A DNA stretch of 64,000 nt from Acidimicrobiia bacterium (GTDB lineage: Bacteria; Actinomycetota; Acidimicrobiia; Spongiisociales; UBA5794). This document shows, one piece after another, positions 57,509 to 64,000 of this stretch. The stretch lies in the NCBI GenBank assembly GCA_051011415.1, contig JBPCTY010000147.1, positions 8,405-72,404 of the forward strand, written 5' to 3'. Positions within the stretch are counted from its first letter, which is position 1. Every line of letters begins with the position of its first letter. The notes below the pieces were generated by a model that had not been told where the DNA came from, ran no database searches, and was given only the letters and a program-made list of their open reading frames with translations. A program made the translations under genes and the position numbers.

Positions 57509-57918
57509 CTCAGTTGTTCGAAGGGCGAAAGCCTGGAGAGACGGCAGATCCGATCCCTCGGGAAAGGATCACCGGGTAAAACCGGGTCGTGTGGACGGAG
57601 GCAACTCCGGACACCGCCACCAAACGCTTCGGCGGGAGGTGAGGTCTTGAGGAGGAGCCCAGCCTTCGATAGACCACCGGGACGCAGCCGAAAGGCAGCG
57701 ACCCACCCGAAGGGACTTCGGTCCCGAAGGGAGCGTACGCAGGACTTCGGTCAGGCGGGCGCAGATCTGGAAGCGGAACCGGCCTCGGTCGGGATCGGGA
57801 CCAGGTCAGCCGGACGGAGCCGGGAAACTGGCGAGGTCCGGATCGGAGTGAGCTTCGGTTCACTTCATGGAAACCCCGAGAGGGCGAGACTTCGGTTGAG
57901 CTTCCTCGGGGTTTCTGC
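57499..57918 (+). ncRNA. Candidate structured ncRNA, copy 1 (about 420 nt); family not recognised
   Basis: At least 12 hairpins, almost all capped by GAAA, GCAA, UUCG or CUCG loops, with G:U pairs that only work on the + strand and an 11-bp terminal stem. It is paralogous to 58604-58892. No plausible CDS spans it. Confidence 0.5.
57869..57916 (+). terminator. Terminator-like stem-loop closing RNA copy 1; it abuts the stop of the convergent lipoprotein gene
   Basis: GAAACCCCGAG (57870-57880) pairs with CUCGGGGUUUC (57905-57915). An inner UUCG hairpin sits in the loop, and UUUCU follows the stem. Confidence 0.5.
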
Positions 57919-57920
57919 AT

Positions 57921-58508
57921 TCAGCAGTTCGGTACACGCTCGATCAGCTGTACCAGCGCATCATCGTCGGTTGACCAAAGGTTTCCAGCCAGATGCTCAT
58001 CGTGTGATCCGTCGATGGTGTAGGTGGCGAGATCGATGCGTTCGTCGTCTTCGATCGTCAATCGAGACCCGTATGCGTCCTCGAGATCGATCCTGGTCGA
58101 ATCGAGACCGATTCCCTCCTCGGTCCGAAGACCGAGTCTGCGAAAGTCCTCAGCGTTTCCTGTGACGGGATCGAAACCGTACGACCATGTGTGGAACACC
58201 GACTGGACCCCATCGTCGACAAACAGGAGGACGAGGTTGCCCCATGAGACGAGTCGCGTCTCGCCACCCGGGCACTGAGGAACCTGGACCCTTGTGTCCT
58301 CGTCCGCCGAGTCGGCATCCCATCCACCAAGCTGGGAAGAGAGTCCAGATATGACCTCGTCCGCGGCCATGCCGATGCGGAACTCACCGATGCCATTCTC
58401 TGCCAAGACAAGCGAAGGATGGGGATTCGATTGGGATTCGTCCGAACCACTGCAGGACGCCAGAACCAGGGCAGCCACGGTTAGTCCGACGACAACTACG
58501 GAGCGCAT
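57921..58508 (-). CDS. Lipoprotein of unknown function
   Basis: Start refined to MRSVVVVGLTVAALVLASC (lipobox). The mature part is 195 aa and has no recognisable domain. Confidence 0.6.
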   Translation of the reverse strand: MRSVVVVGLTVAALVLASCSGSDESQSNPHPSLVLAENGIGEFRIGMAADEVISGLSSQLGGWDADSADEDTRVQVPQCPGGETRLVSWGNLVLLFVDDGVQSVFHTWSYGFDPVTGNAEDFRRLGLRTEEGIGLDSTRIDLEDAYGSRLTIEDDERIDLATYTIDGSHDEHLAGNLWSTDDDALVQLIERVPNC

Positions 58509-58603
58509 ATCTGCAGCGTACCGGTGACCGCGAAAACTGCCCGCAACTCGCGAAAACGAAGGAGCGTTTTGACTTGCGAAGCAGCACCACATGCCCCAAT
58601 ATT

Positions 58604-58892
58604 GGTTTACCGCAGAAGGGGAAACCCGGAAGCGGGCGTCGAAGGGAAACCGACGGCGGCTGGCGAAAGCCAGCAGGGTCCGGAAACGGATCCAAAACTC
58701 TGGACGGAGACACCCTCGGGTGGAAAGAGGCGAAAGCCAGCCGGACGGCTTAGGTCGGACGGAACGGAAGGAGAGGGAGTGAGCTTCGGCTCATGACCGG
58801 GCTCCGCTTGCGGAGCAGCGAGATCACTGATCGAAAGGTCAGATGGTTCGCAGAGAACCCCAAGGGGGCTCCGGCTTCCTTGGGGTTTCTCG
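58604..58892 (+). ncRNA. Candidate structured ncRNA, copy 2 (about 290 nt), paralogue of 57499-57918
   Basis: Shared sequence blocks: GGTTTACC, TCGAAGGG, GACGGC, TGGACGGAG, CAGCCGGACGG, GGAGTGAGCTTCGG, GGGGTTTCT. Hairpins: GCUGGC-GAAA-GCCAGC, GGGUCCG-GAAA-CGGAUCC, CUGAUC-GAAA-GGUCAG, GCUCCG-CUUG-CGGAGC, UGAGC-UUCG-GCUCA. Confidence 0.5.
58853..58891 (+). terminator. Terminator-like stem-loop closing RNA copy 2
   Basis: AACCCCAAGG (58856-58865) pairs with CCUUGGGGUU (58878-58887), followed by UCU. The stem covaries with the copy-1 terminator (CGAG/CUCG against CAAGG/CCUUG). Confidence 0.5.
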
Positions 58893-58914
58893 CGTCCGGA
58901 GTACCACACCCCGC

Positions 58915-58920
58915 TAATGT
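58915..58920 (+). promoter_or_regulatory. Candidate -10 element (TAATGT) for a leaderless transcript of the PH-SHOCT gene
   Basis: A TANNNT hexamer ends 6 nt before the ATG at 58927, and no Shine-Dalgarno sequence lies between them. Confidence 0.3.
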
Positions 58921-58926
58921 GCTCCT

Positions 58927-59532
58927 ATGGCTTGGCCCGAAGACGCACTCTCACACGACGAACAAATCATCACTTCCTTCCGACCACACTGGAAGCTGCT
59001 GTTCGTCCCGTTCCTCTGGTTCATCGGTTTCCTGATTGCGGGTTCTCTCGTGGCGGTGTACCTCGATTTCGCCCGGTGGGTGGTATTGGCGATCATCGTC
59101 GGGTTCTTTGTCTACTTCGTCGTGCGGCCGCTTGTCGCCTGGGCGACCACTCGCTATGTGCTGACAACCGAACGGCTGATCACCCGCAAAGGCCTGATCG
59201 CAAAATCCGGAATCGAGATTCCACTCGAGCGCATCACAAACGTGAACTTCAGCCAAAGCGTCTTCGAACGAATGCTCGGTGCGGGCGATCTTCTGGTGGA
59301 ATCCGCAGGCACCACGGGGCAGTCGGAGTTCAAGGACATCCCACACCCGGACGAATTCCAGTCGCTCCTCTACAAGGTGAGGGAACAGAGATCGATTGAG
59401 CTCTCTGGCTCGGCGCCGGCCGGCAAGGACCATGCGGGATCGATCAGGGATCTTGCCAAGCTGAGGGACGAAGGTCTGATCTCAGCCGAAGAGTACGAGG
59501 CAAAGCGCCAGGAACTGCTCGACGACATGTAG
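58927..59532 (+). CDS. Membrane protein with a bacterial PH domain (YdbS/YdbT-like bPH_2) and a C-terminal SHOCT domain
   Basis: Two TM helices, then the bPH_2 pattern (YVLTTERLITRKGLIAKSGIEIPLERITNV...GDLLVES). The SHOCT motif is IRDLAKLRDEGLISAEEYEAKRQELL. Confidence 0.75.
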   Translation: MAWPEDALSHDEQIITSFRPHWKLLFVPFLWFIGFLIAGSLVAVYLDFARWVVLAIIVGFFVYFVVRPLVAWATTRYVLTTERLITRKGLIAKSGIEIPLERITNVNFSQSVFERMLGAGDLLVESAGTTGQSEFKDIPHPDEFQSLLYKVREQRSIELSGSAPAGKDHAGSIRDLAKLRDEGLISAEEYEAKRQELLDDM

Positions 59533-59540
59533 CCCGGCGT

Positions 59541-60767
59541 CTAATCGACGTCGACCTCGAACGGCCGGCGGTCGAACGTTGCCACGACCTCTACGTGGAA
59601 TGTCTGCGGAAACATGTCAACGGGTGTGGCCTCGATGAAGTCGTACCCGATCTCGCCCAGTGCCCGCGCATCTCGAGCGAGCGACGCAGGGTCGCACGAC
59701 ACATACACGATGCGTCTGGGCATCGAAGACGTCACCGCATCGATCCCGTTACCGCCGAGTCCCTTGCGGGGCGGATCAACGATTGCGACATCCCAGTAGG
59801 CATCGAGAGATTCAATGTCCTTGGTCACTGACCCGGTGACGTAGTGGTGTTCAACACCCGCTGCCGTGAGGTTCCGACGCGCGAAGTCAACAGCGGCCCT
59901 GCCCGTGTCCATCCCGAGCACCAGATCAGCGTCCTTGCCGACGGTTGCCCCAAACAAACCGACGCCGCAGTATCCGTCAAAGAGAGTCTCCCCGGGTTGG
60001 AGATCTGCCGCAGCCCCGGCGAGTGCGACAAGGCTGTCTGCTCCATCGGTGTTGTTCTGGAAGAAACCTGCGATCGGAATCGTGAACAAGGTGTCTGCGA
60101 CGATCTCGTCGAGTACCGCATCGCCGATAACGCCACGAGCTTTCTTCCCGGTCATCTGTGCGACGGGGATGCCCCAGCTTTCGGCTTGGGATGGAATTGC
60201 GCCGTCGATAACCGCAAGCCTCCGGCCGGTCCTGATCCCTGTGCGCAAGGTGATCCGATCGACTCCCGTCAAGTCGCCGAGTGAAGCGAACACGGGCTGA
60301 AGCGTTGGGTGCAGGAGAGGGCAGTCGTCGAGGGGAACGACATCGTTCGATCGGGACCGCATCAAGCCGGCACGACCTTCGACAACATGAAAGTCCATCC
60401 TCGTGCGATATCCGAGCTCAGGTCCTGCAGCGACGGTCTGGTGGACTGTTGGCTCGCTGATCCGTCCGATGTGTGACAGCTGCGACGCAACGATGTCTCG
60501 CTTCCACTCCCTTTGTTCGGCGATGTTCGCAAATTGCCATTGACACCCACCACACACCAATGCGTGGGGACAAGGCGGTGTGCGACGTTCGGGTGATGGC
60601 TCAACGATTTCCACGACCGATGTGCGCGCCCACGACCCCCGATCTTCGGTGACGCGCGCCAACACGACCTCCCCAGGCATGGCGCCTGCGATGAAGTGGG
60701 CCTTGCCATCGTGGCGAGCAACTGCTTCGCCGCCGTGGGCCATGGATGATGGGTGGAGTTCCAGCAC
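59541..60767 (-). CDS. Class I SAM-dependent RNA (uracil-5-)-methyltransferase, RumA/TrmA family, with a TRAM domain and Fe-S Cys cluster
   Basis: TRAM-like N-terminus, CPHALVCGGCQWQ cluster, a SAM-binding motif (FDGYCGVGLFG) and a C-terminal VYVSCDPASLARD. Confidence 0.8.
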   Translation of the reverse strand: MLELHPSSMAHGGEAVARHDGKAHFIAGAMPGEVVLARVTEDRGSWARTSVVEIVEPSPERRTPPCPHALVCGGCQWQFANIAEQREWKRDIVASQLSHIGRISEPTVHQTVAAGPELGYRTRMDFHVVEGRAGLMRSRSNDVVPLDDCPLLHPTLQPVFASLGDLTGVDRITLRTGIRTGRRLAVIDGAIPSQAESWGIPVAQMTGKKARGVIGDAVLDEIVADTLFTIPIAGFFQNNTDGADSLVALAGAAADLQPGETLFDGYCGVGLFGATVGKDADLVLGMDTGRAAVDFARRNLTAAGVEHHYVTGSVTKDIESLDAYWDVAIVDPPRKGLGGNGIDAVTSSMPRRIVYVSCDPASLARDARALGEIGYDFIEATPVDMFPQTFHVEVVATFDRRPFEVDVD

Positions 60768-60827
60768 GGGGATAACCTACCGCTCCGCGGTCCCTGTGAG
60801 CCGCAGTCGTCGCGAGTGGAGTGATCG

Positions 60828-61196
60828 GTGCTGAGTTCAGTACTCGAGTTTCATCAGAGCTGGTTCTACGTGGCGGTCGTGGCATGCGGCGTCGTTGGGG
60901 TGTGGGGAGTCGTTCTCGCCATCATCAAGAGACCGCCAAGGCGCCCGTTTGCAGTAGCCCGTGCGATCGCCATCGTCGCGATGCTGGTGCAGGTGCTTGC
61001 CGGTGTCTATTTGTACTCGAACGGCATGCGACCTGGGAACTCCTTTCACGTGTTCTATGGCGTCGTCATCGTGATCACCTTGACGCTTGCCTATCTGTAC
61101 CGGTCGACGATGGCAAAGAGACCCGGTCTGGCATACGGAATCCTGCTGCTCTTTGTCATGGGTCTTGGGCTGCGAGCCTGGGCAAACGTTGCGTAG
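60828..61196 (+). CDS. Small integral membrane protein, unknown function
   Basis: 122 aa with four hydrophobic helices. It occupies the region that would otherwise be an implausible N-terminal extension of the inhA ORF. Confidence 0.5.
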   Translation: MLSSVLEFHQSWFYVAVVACGVVGVWGVVLAIIKRPPRRPFAVARAIAIVAMLVQVLAGVYLYSNGMRPGNSFHVFYGVVIVITLTLAYLYRSTMAKRPGLAYGILLLFVMGLGLRAWANVA

Positions 61197-61258
61197 CGAT
61201 ATCGACAGCCTGTGCGTCTAACCTCGTTCGAACCGATGTCGTAGGGACTGGAGCGGAC

Positions 61259-62095
61259 ATGCTCGATGGGAAGAGGCTGCTGATCACAGGCGTGCTCACA
61301 GACGACTCGATCGCGTGGCACACAGCACGCGTGGCGCAGGAACAGGGAGCCGAAGTAGTGCTCACCGGTTTCGGCAGAGGGCTGTCGCTGACACGTCGCT
61401 CATCAAAGCGGCTGCCAACCGAAGCGGATGTCTATGAGCTCGACATCAACGATGCGGATCACATGGATGCACTGGTGGCAGCCATTGACGCAAAGTGGGG
61501 TGGACTCGACGGTGCACTGCATGCAATCGCATTTGCACCAGGAGATGCGCTCGGCGGCGAGTTCCTGAACACACCGGCTGAGTCTGCCAGCACTGCCTTC
61601 CTGACATCAGCATTCTCCTACAAGACGCTGGCAGTGGGCCTTCGGCCACTGTTCGAAAAGGCGGGAGGCGGAGCGATGGTCGGTCTTGACTTCGACAACT
61701 CTCTCGCATGGCCCGCATACGACTGGATGGGTGTTTCGAAGTCCGCACTGCAATCGGTGAACCGATACCTTGCGAACTACCTCGGCGAGGAGAACGTCCG
61801 CGTCAACCTTGTCTCAGCTGGACCGCTTGCGACGGTTGCAGCGAAGTCGATTCCCGGGTTCGTTGCATTCGAGAATCTGTGGCAGATCCGCGCTCCGCTC
61901 GGATGGGACCCTCACGATGCCGAACCAGTCGCAAAAATGGCGTGTGTGTTGATGTCAGACATGGCGGTATCGACGTCGGGAGAGATCGTTCACGTGGACG
62001 GCGGATTCCATGCGGTCGCTGCAGGTCCGTCAGAGGGCCATCTTCTCGCTCGCGCAATCGAAATAGCCGAAGACGAAGCCGTAGACGAGGGCTGA
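61259..62095 (+). CDS. inhA: NADH-dependent enoyl-[acyl-carrier-protein] reductase, InhA/FabI type
   Basis: Start refined to MLDGKRLLITGVLTDDSIAWHTARVAQEQGAEVVLTGFGR, which closely parallels the InhA N-terminus. 278 aa. Confidence 0.85.
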   Translation: MLDGKRLLITGVLTDDSIAWHTARVAQEQGAEVVLTGFGRGLSLTRRSSKRLPTEADVYELDINDADHMDALVAAIDAKWGGLDGALHAIAFAPGDALGGEFLNTPAESASTAFLTSAFSYKTLAVGLRPLFEKAGGGAMVGLDFDNSLAWPAYDWMGVSKSALQSVNRYLANYLGEENVRVNLVSAGPLATVAAKSIPGFVAFENLWQIRAPLGWDPHDAEPVAKMACVLMSDMAVSTSGEIVHVDGGFHAVAAGPSEGHLLARAIEIAEDEAVDEG

Positions 62096-62131
62096 CGAGC
62101 CCGAAGCCCTAGACGATTGCCGGCTCACTGC

Positions 62132-63907
62132 CTATTCGGCGGCTGGGATTGCGACCGTAAAGGTTGCGCCGCCACCCACGGTCGGCTCAAACCAGACTCT
62201 TCCGTCCATCGCAACGACGAGTCCTTTCACGATGGAAAGCCCAAGCCCTGCCCCGCCCTTTGATCGCGTCGCGTGGGGCTGCAGCTGGGTGAATCGGTCA
62301 AACATTCGGTCGTGCTGCTCGTAGGGAATTCCTGGACCGTGGTCGATGACCGAAAGGTGTATTTCGCCCTTTGCCACCGCGGTGACCAGCTCCACTTCTG
62401 AGTCGCCGCCGTACTTGATGGCGTTGTCGACCAGGTTTGTGATCACTCGAGCGAGGTGGTCCGGGTCTGCAACAACCTTGCCGACGCCGGGGGTTGCTTC
62501 GTGGGCGACGGCGTCGCCGCCGGGAAGCGCTTCGAGCAGTTCTGCGATGAACGGTTCGAGCTCGAGTGTTTCTGGTCGCACGGGGAGCGAGTCGGCTTCG
62601 ATACGAGACATGACGAGGAGGTCCTCGATGAGCGTTCGGAGCCGGTGTGATTGCTTTGCTGCCATTTCGACGAGCTGTACTGCACGTGGGTCTTCGGGCA
62701 TGAGTTCGGGGCGCTGGAGCGTGCTCAGGGCTCCGATGATGCTCGTGAGCGGGGTGCGAAGTTCATGGGAGACCACCGACACGAAGTCGGTTTTGAGCTC
62801 GGCAAGCTCGGCCATCCGCTCGCTCGTCGAACGTGCGAGTTCGTATCGCGCCATCTGATTGAGTACCAGCGCTGCTGGTGCAGCGACGGACTCAAGCGTC
62901 TCGAGGTCTTCAGCGTCGAAGTCGTCCTCTTTGTCACCGACGAGGAGGACACCGATTGTTCGGTTCTCAACGCGCATGGCGACCGCTGCAATCCGACGAG
63001 CGTCGAGCTCGTCCGTCAAGCGGTCTCCTTCATGGGTTGCCATGTCATTGATCACGACAGGATCGCCACCCATGAAGACCCTCGGTCCAACGCTGTTCTC
63101 GTTGAGCGGCATCGTGAAGTCATCTGCATGCACGGTGTGGCCCGCAGCCCATATCGGCGACATCAGGTTGAGGTGTTCGGTCTCCGGGTCGTAGAGCAAC
63201 ACCAGACCGACGCGTGCGTGTACCGACTCGGCCACCCGCCCTACAAGTTCGGGCAGCACCTCGTCGAGTTTGGTGCCCGCACCGATCGTTCGGGACACGT
63301 CATACAGCTGGCTGATCTCGCGTTCTTGTCGGCTCAGGACTGCCTCGCGAGCCGCAAGCTCCGTATAGGCGTCTGCCGTCTGCTGAAGCTGTGTTCGGAT
63401 ACCAATGGACACGAGGAGAACGAACACGACGGCAGCGAGAAAGGCGAGGAAGTTGACAAACGACCGCTCGACGTCGGTGCCTGAGTACTGGAAGATGGCG
63501 ATCCCGTATGCGGCAGTGGCGGTCACTCCGACGGTCAGAAGTGCGCCGTTTCGCATGAGGGTTGCGGCAGCAAAGAAGGTCATCAGAAGGAACCCGATAC
63601 CCGATGGCGCTTGACCTCTGGACACCTCGAAGACAAGGACCGCGAAGAGGGCGATGACCGTCCACGCCAGGAGGATCCAGTCCCCGAATCCTGTGCGAAG
63701 CAATCGGCGCCAAGGAGCGAAAGTGATGATCGTCATCCCGATCGTGAATGCGCTGATCATCACGACGAGCGCCGTGACGGTGAAATTCTCTGAGGTGACT
63801 GCCCAGATCGACAGGACGATCAGCCCAAACCACGAGATGATCAGGCCGGTGACGATTACGCGAAGCCGATAATCGATGATTGGGTCGTTGCGGTCGTTCA
63901 CGCTCAT
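62132..63907 (-). CDS. Sensor histidine kinase: polytopic N-terminus, GAF, HisKA, HATPase_c
   Basis: Start refined to MSVNDRND. About 6 TM helices, a GAF-like segment, the H-box SHELRTPL, and G-boxes DHGPGIP and GGAGLGLSIV. No adjacent response regulator. Confidence 0.85.
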   Translation of the reverse strand: MSVNDRNDPIIDYRLRVIVTGLIISWFGLIVLSIWAVTSENFTVTALVVMISAFTIGMTIITFAPWRRLLRTGFGDWILLAWTVIALFAVLVFEVSRGQAPSGIGFLLMTFFAAATLMRNGALLTVGVTATAAYGIAIFQYSGTDVERSFVNFLAFLAAVVFVLLVSIGIRTQLQQTADAYTELAAREAVLSRQEREISQLYDVSRTIGAGTKLDEVLPELVGRVAESVHARVGLVLLYDPETEHLNLMSPIWAAGHTVHADDFTMPLNENSVGPRVFMGGDPVVINDMATHEGDRLTDELDARRIAAVAMRVENRTIGVLLVGDKEDDFDAEDLETLESVAAPAALVLNQMARYELARSTSERMAELAELKTDFVSVVSHELRTPLTSIIGALSTLQRPELMPEDPRAVQLVEMAAKQSHRLRTLIEDLLVMSRIEADSLPVRPETLELEPFIAELLEALPGGDAVAHEATPGVGKVVADPDHLARVITNLVDNAIKYGGDSEVELVTAVAKGEIHLSVIDHGPGIPYEQHDRMFDRFTQLQPHATRSKGGAGLGLSIVKGLVVAMDGRVWFEPTVGGGATFTVAIPAAE

Positions 63908-63962
63908 GTACCCCCTCTCGCGAATTCCGAGACCGTTTCGTCGCACACGGTAACCTCCCCGC

Positions 63963-64000
63963 ATGGCCCGGGTACTTCTTCTCTTCGGCGGTCGCTCGTC
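63963..64000 (+). CDS. Start of a gene running out of the window, possibly D-alanine--D-alanine ligase
   Basis: Only 12 complete codons are visible (MARVLLLFGGRS). The xRVxxLFGGRS pattern is typical of Ddl N-termini, but this is far too short for certainty. Confidence 0.25.
   Translation, partial: MARVLLLFGGRS

Noticed and set aside
57499-57918. Assigning the structured RNA to a known family (RNase P, tmRNA, SRP, 6S/Ms1, ydaO/c-di-AMP, cobalamin, glycine or ZTP riboswitch)
   Set aside because: I could not find the defining motifs: no GAGGAAAGUCCGG, no tmRNA ends or tag ORF, no B12 box, no ydaO GGGGUGAAUC. The GGGTCGTG at 57584 and the GGAGAGA at 57535 are isolated partial resemblances to the ZTP and glycine motifs, lack the rest of those consensus sequences, and are absent from copy 2. 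This is a by-eye judgement and needs a cmscan.
57473-58165. A 230-aa + strand ORF spanning structured RNA copy 1 and running antisense into the lipoprotein gene; smaller ORFs at 58524-58796 and 58591-58782 span copy 2
   Set aside because: The translations are Arg/Gly/Ser/Pro-rich junk. The reading frames are not conserved between the two paralogous copies, because the indels between them are not multiples of three. The sequence is better explained by RNA hairpins.
57368-58926. Reading the two elements as minus-strand 5' leaders of the nuclease-adnAB operon and the lipoprotein gene
   Set aside because: On the minus strand the loops become UUUC and CGAA, several G:U pairs become A.C mismatches, and the terminator-like stems would sit at the 5' end. 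The + strand reading is far more coherent.
60821-61258. An N-terminal extension of the inhA ORF (the 424-aa version)
   Set aside because: The InhA-homologous sequence starts at MLDGKRLLITG (61259). The upstream part is Arg-rich and overlaps a more plausible four-helix membrane-protein ORF in another frame.
1-64000. Mobile elements, prophage, CRISPR arrays or a defence island, including integration next to the tRNA genes
   Set aside because: There are no transposase, integrase, recombinase, Cas, restriction-modification or toxin-antitoxin-like ORFs. There are no regularly spaced direct repeats. The genes flanking the tRNAs are ordinary housekeeping or envelope genes. The Cas4-like nucleases belong to AdnAB-type repair contexts.

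Overview
High-GC actinobacterial chromosomal core region. Lineage markers are the mycothiol amidase Mca, F420 genes (cofC/fbiD and an F420-type LLM oxidoreductase), the AdnAB helicase-nuclease, InhA-type enoyl-ACP reductase, and RamB next to aceBA. The gltX / tRNA-Gln / tRNA-Glu synteny resembles mycobacteria. The window is densely packed with about 60 protein genes, and many are translationally coupled through ATGA or GTGA 4-nt overlaps. Main blocks: gltX and two tRNAs; three VanW-domain cell-envelope proteins, two of them tandem with C-terminal PASTA domains; an amino-acid ABC / VOC / cofC / PIG-L / saccharopine-dehydrogenase operon; pyk; a nuclease-mca-GTPase-GTPase-MscS cluster; pruA; a beta-oxidation-like cluster with a TetR; aceB-aceA divergent from ramB; two divergent PQQ sugar dehydrogenases leading into rbsK, a nucleoside hydrolase and a CoA-transferase; an RCK-USP / CPA2 antiporter module; DUF368 and dtd; a nuclease-adnA-adnB operon; inhA; and an orphan GAF histidine kinase. 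I saw no transposase, integrase, prophage, CRISPR array or recognisable defence island. The most unusual signal is non-coding. The only two large gene-free gaps (553 bp and 418 bp, against 138 bp or less elsewhere) each hold one copy of a paralogous + strand RNA-like element. These elements are built almost entirely of GNRA-, UUCG- or CUYG-capped hairpins. Each ends in an intrinsic-terminator-like stem and follows a collinear 51-bp upstream module. I could not match them to any RNA family signature I know. CDS starts marked as refined come from N-terminal sequence logic and stop/start overlaps, and they remain predictions.
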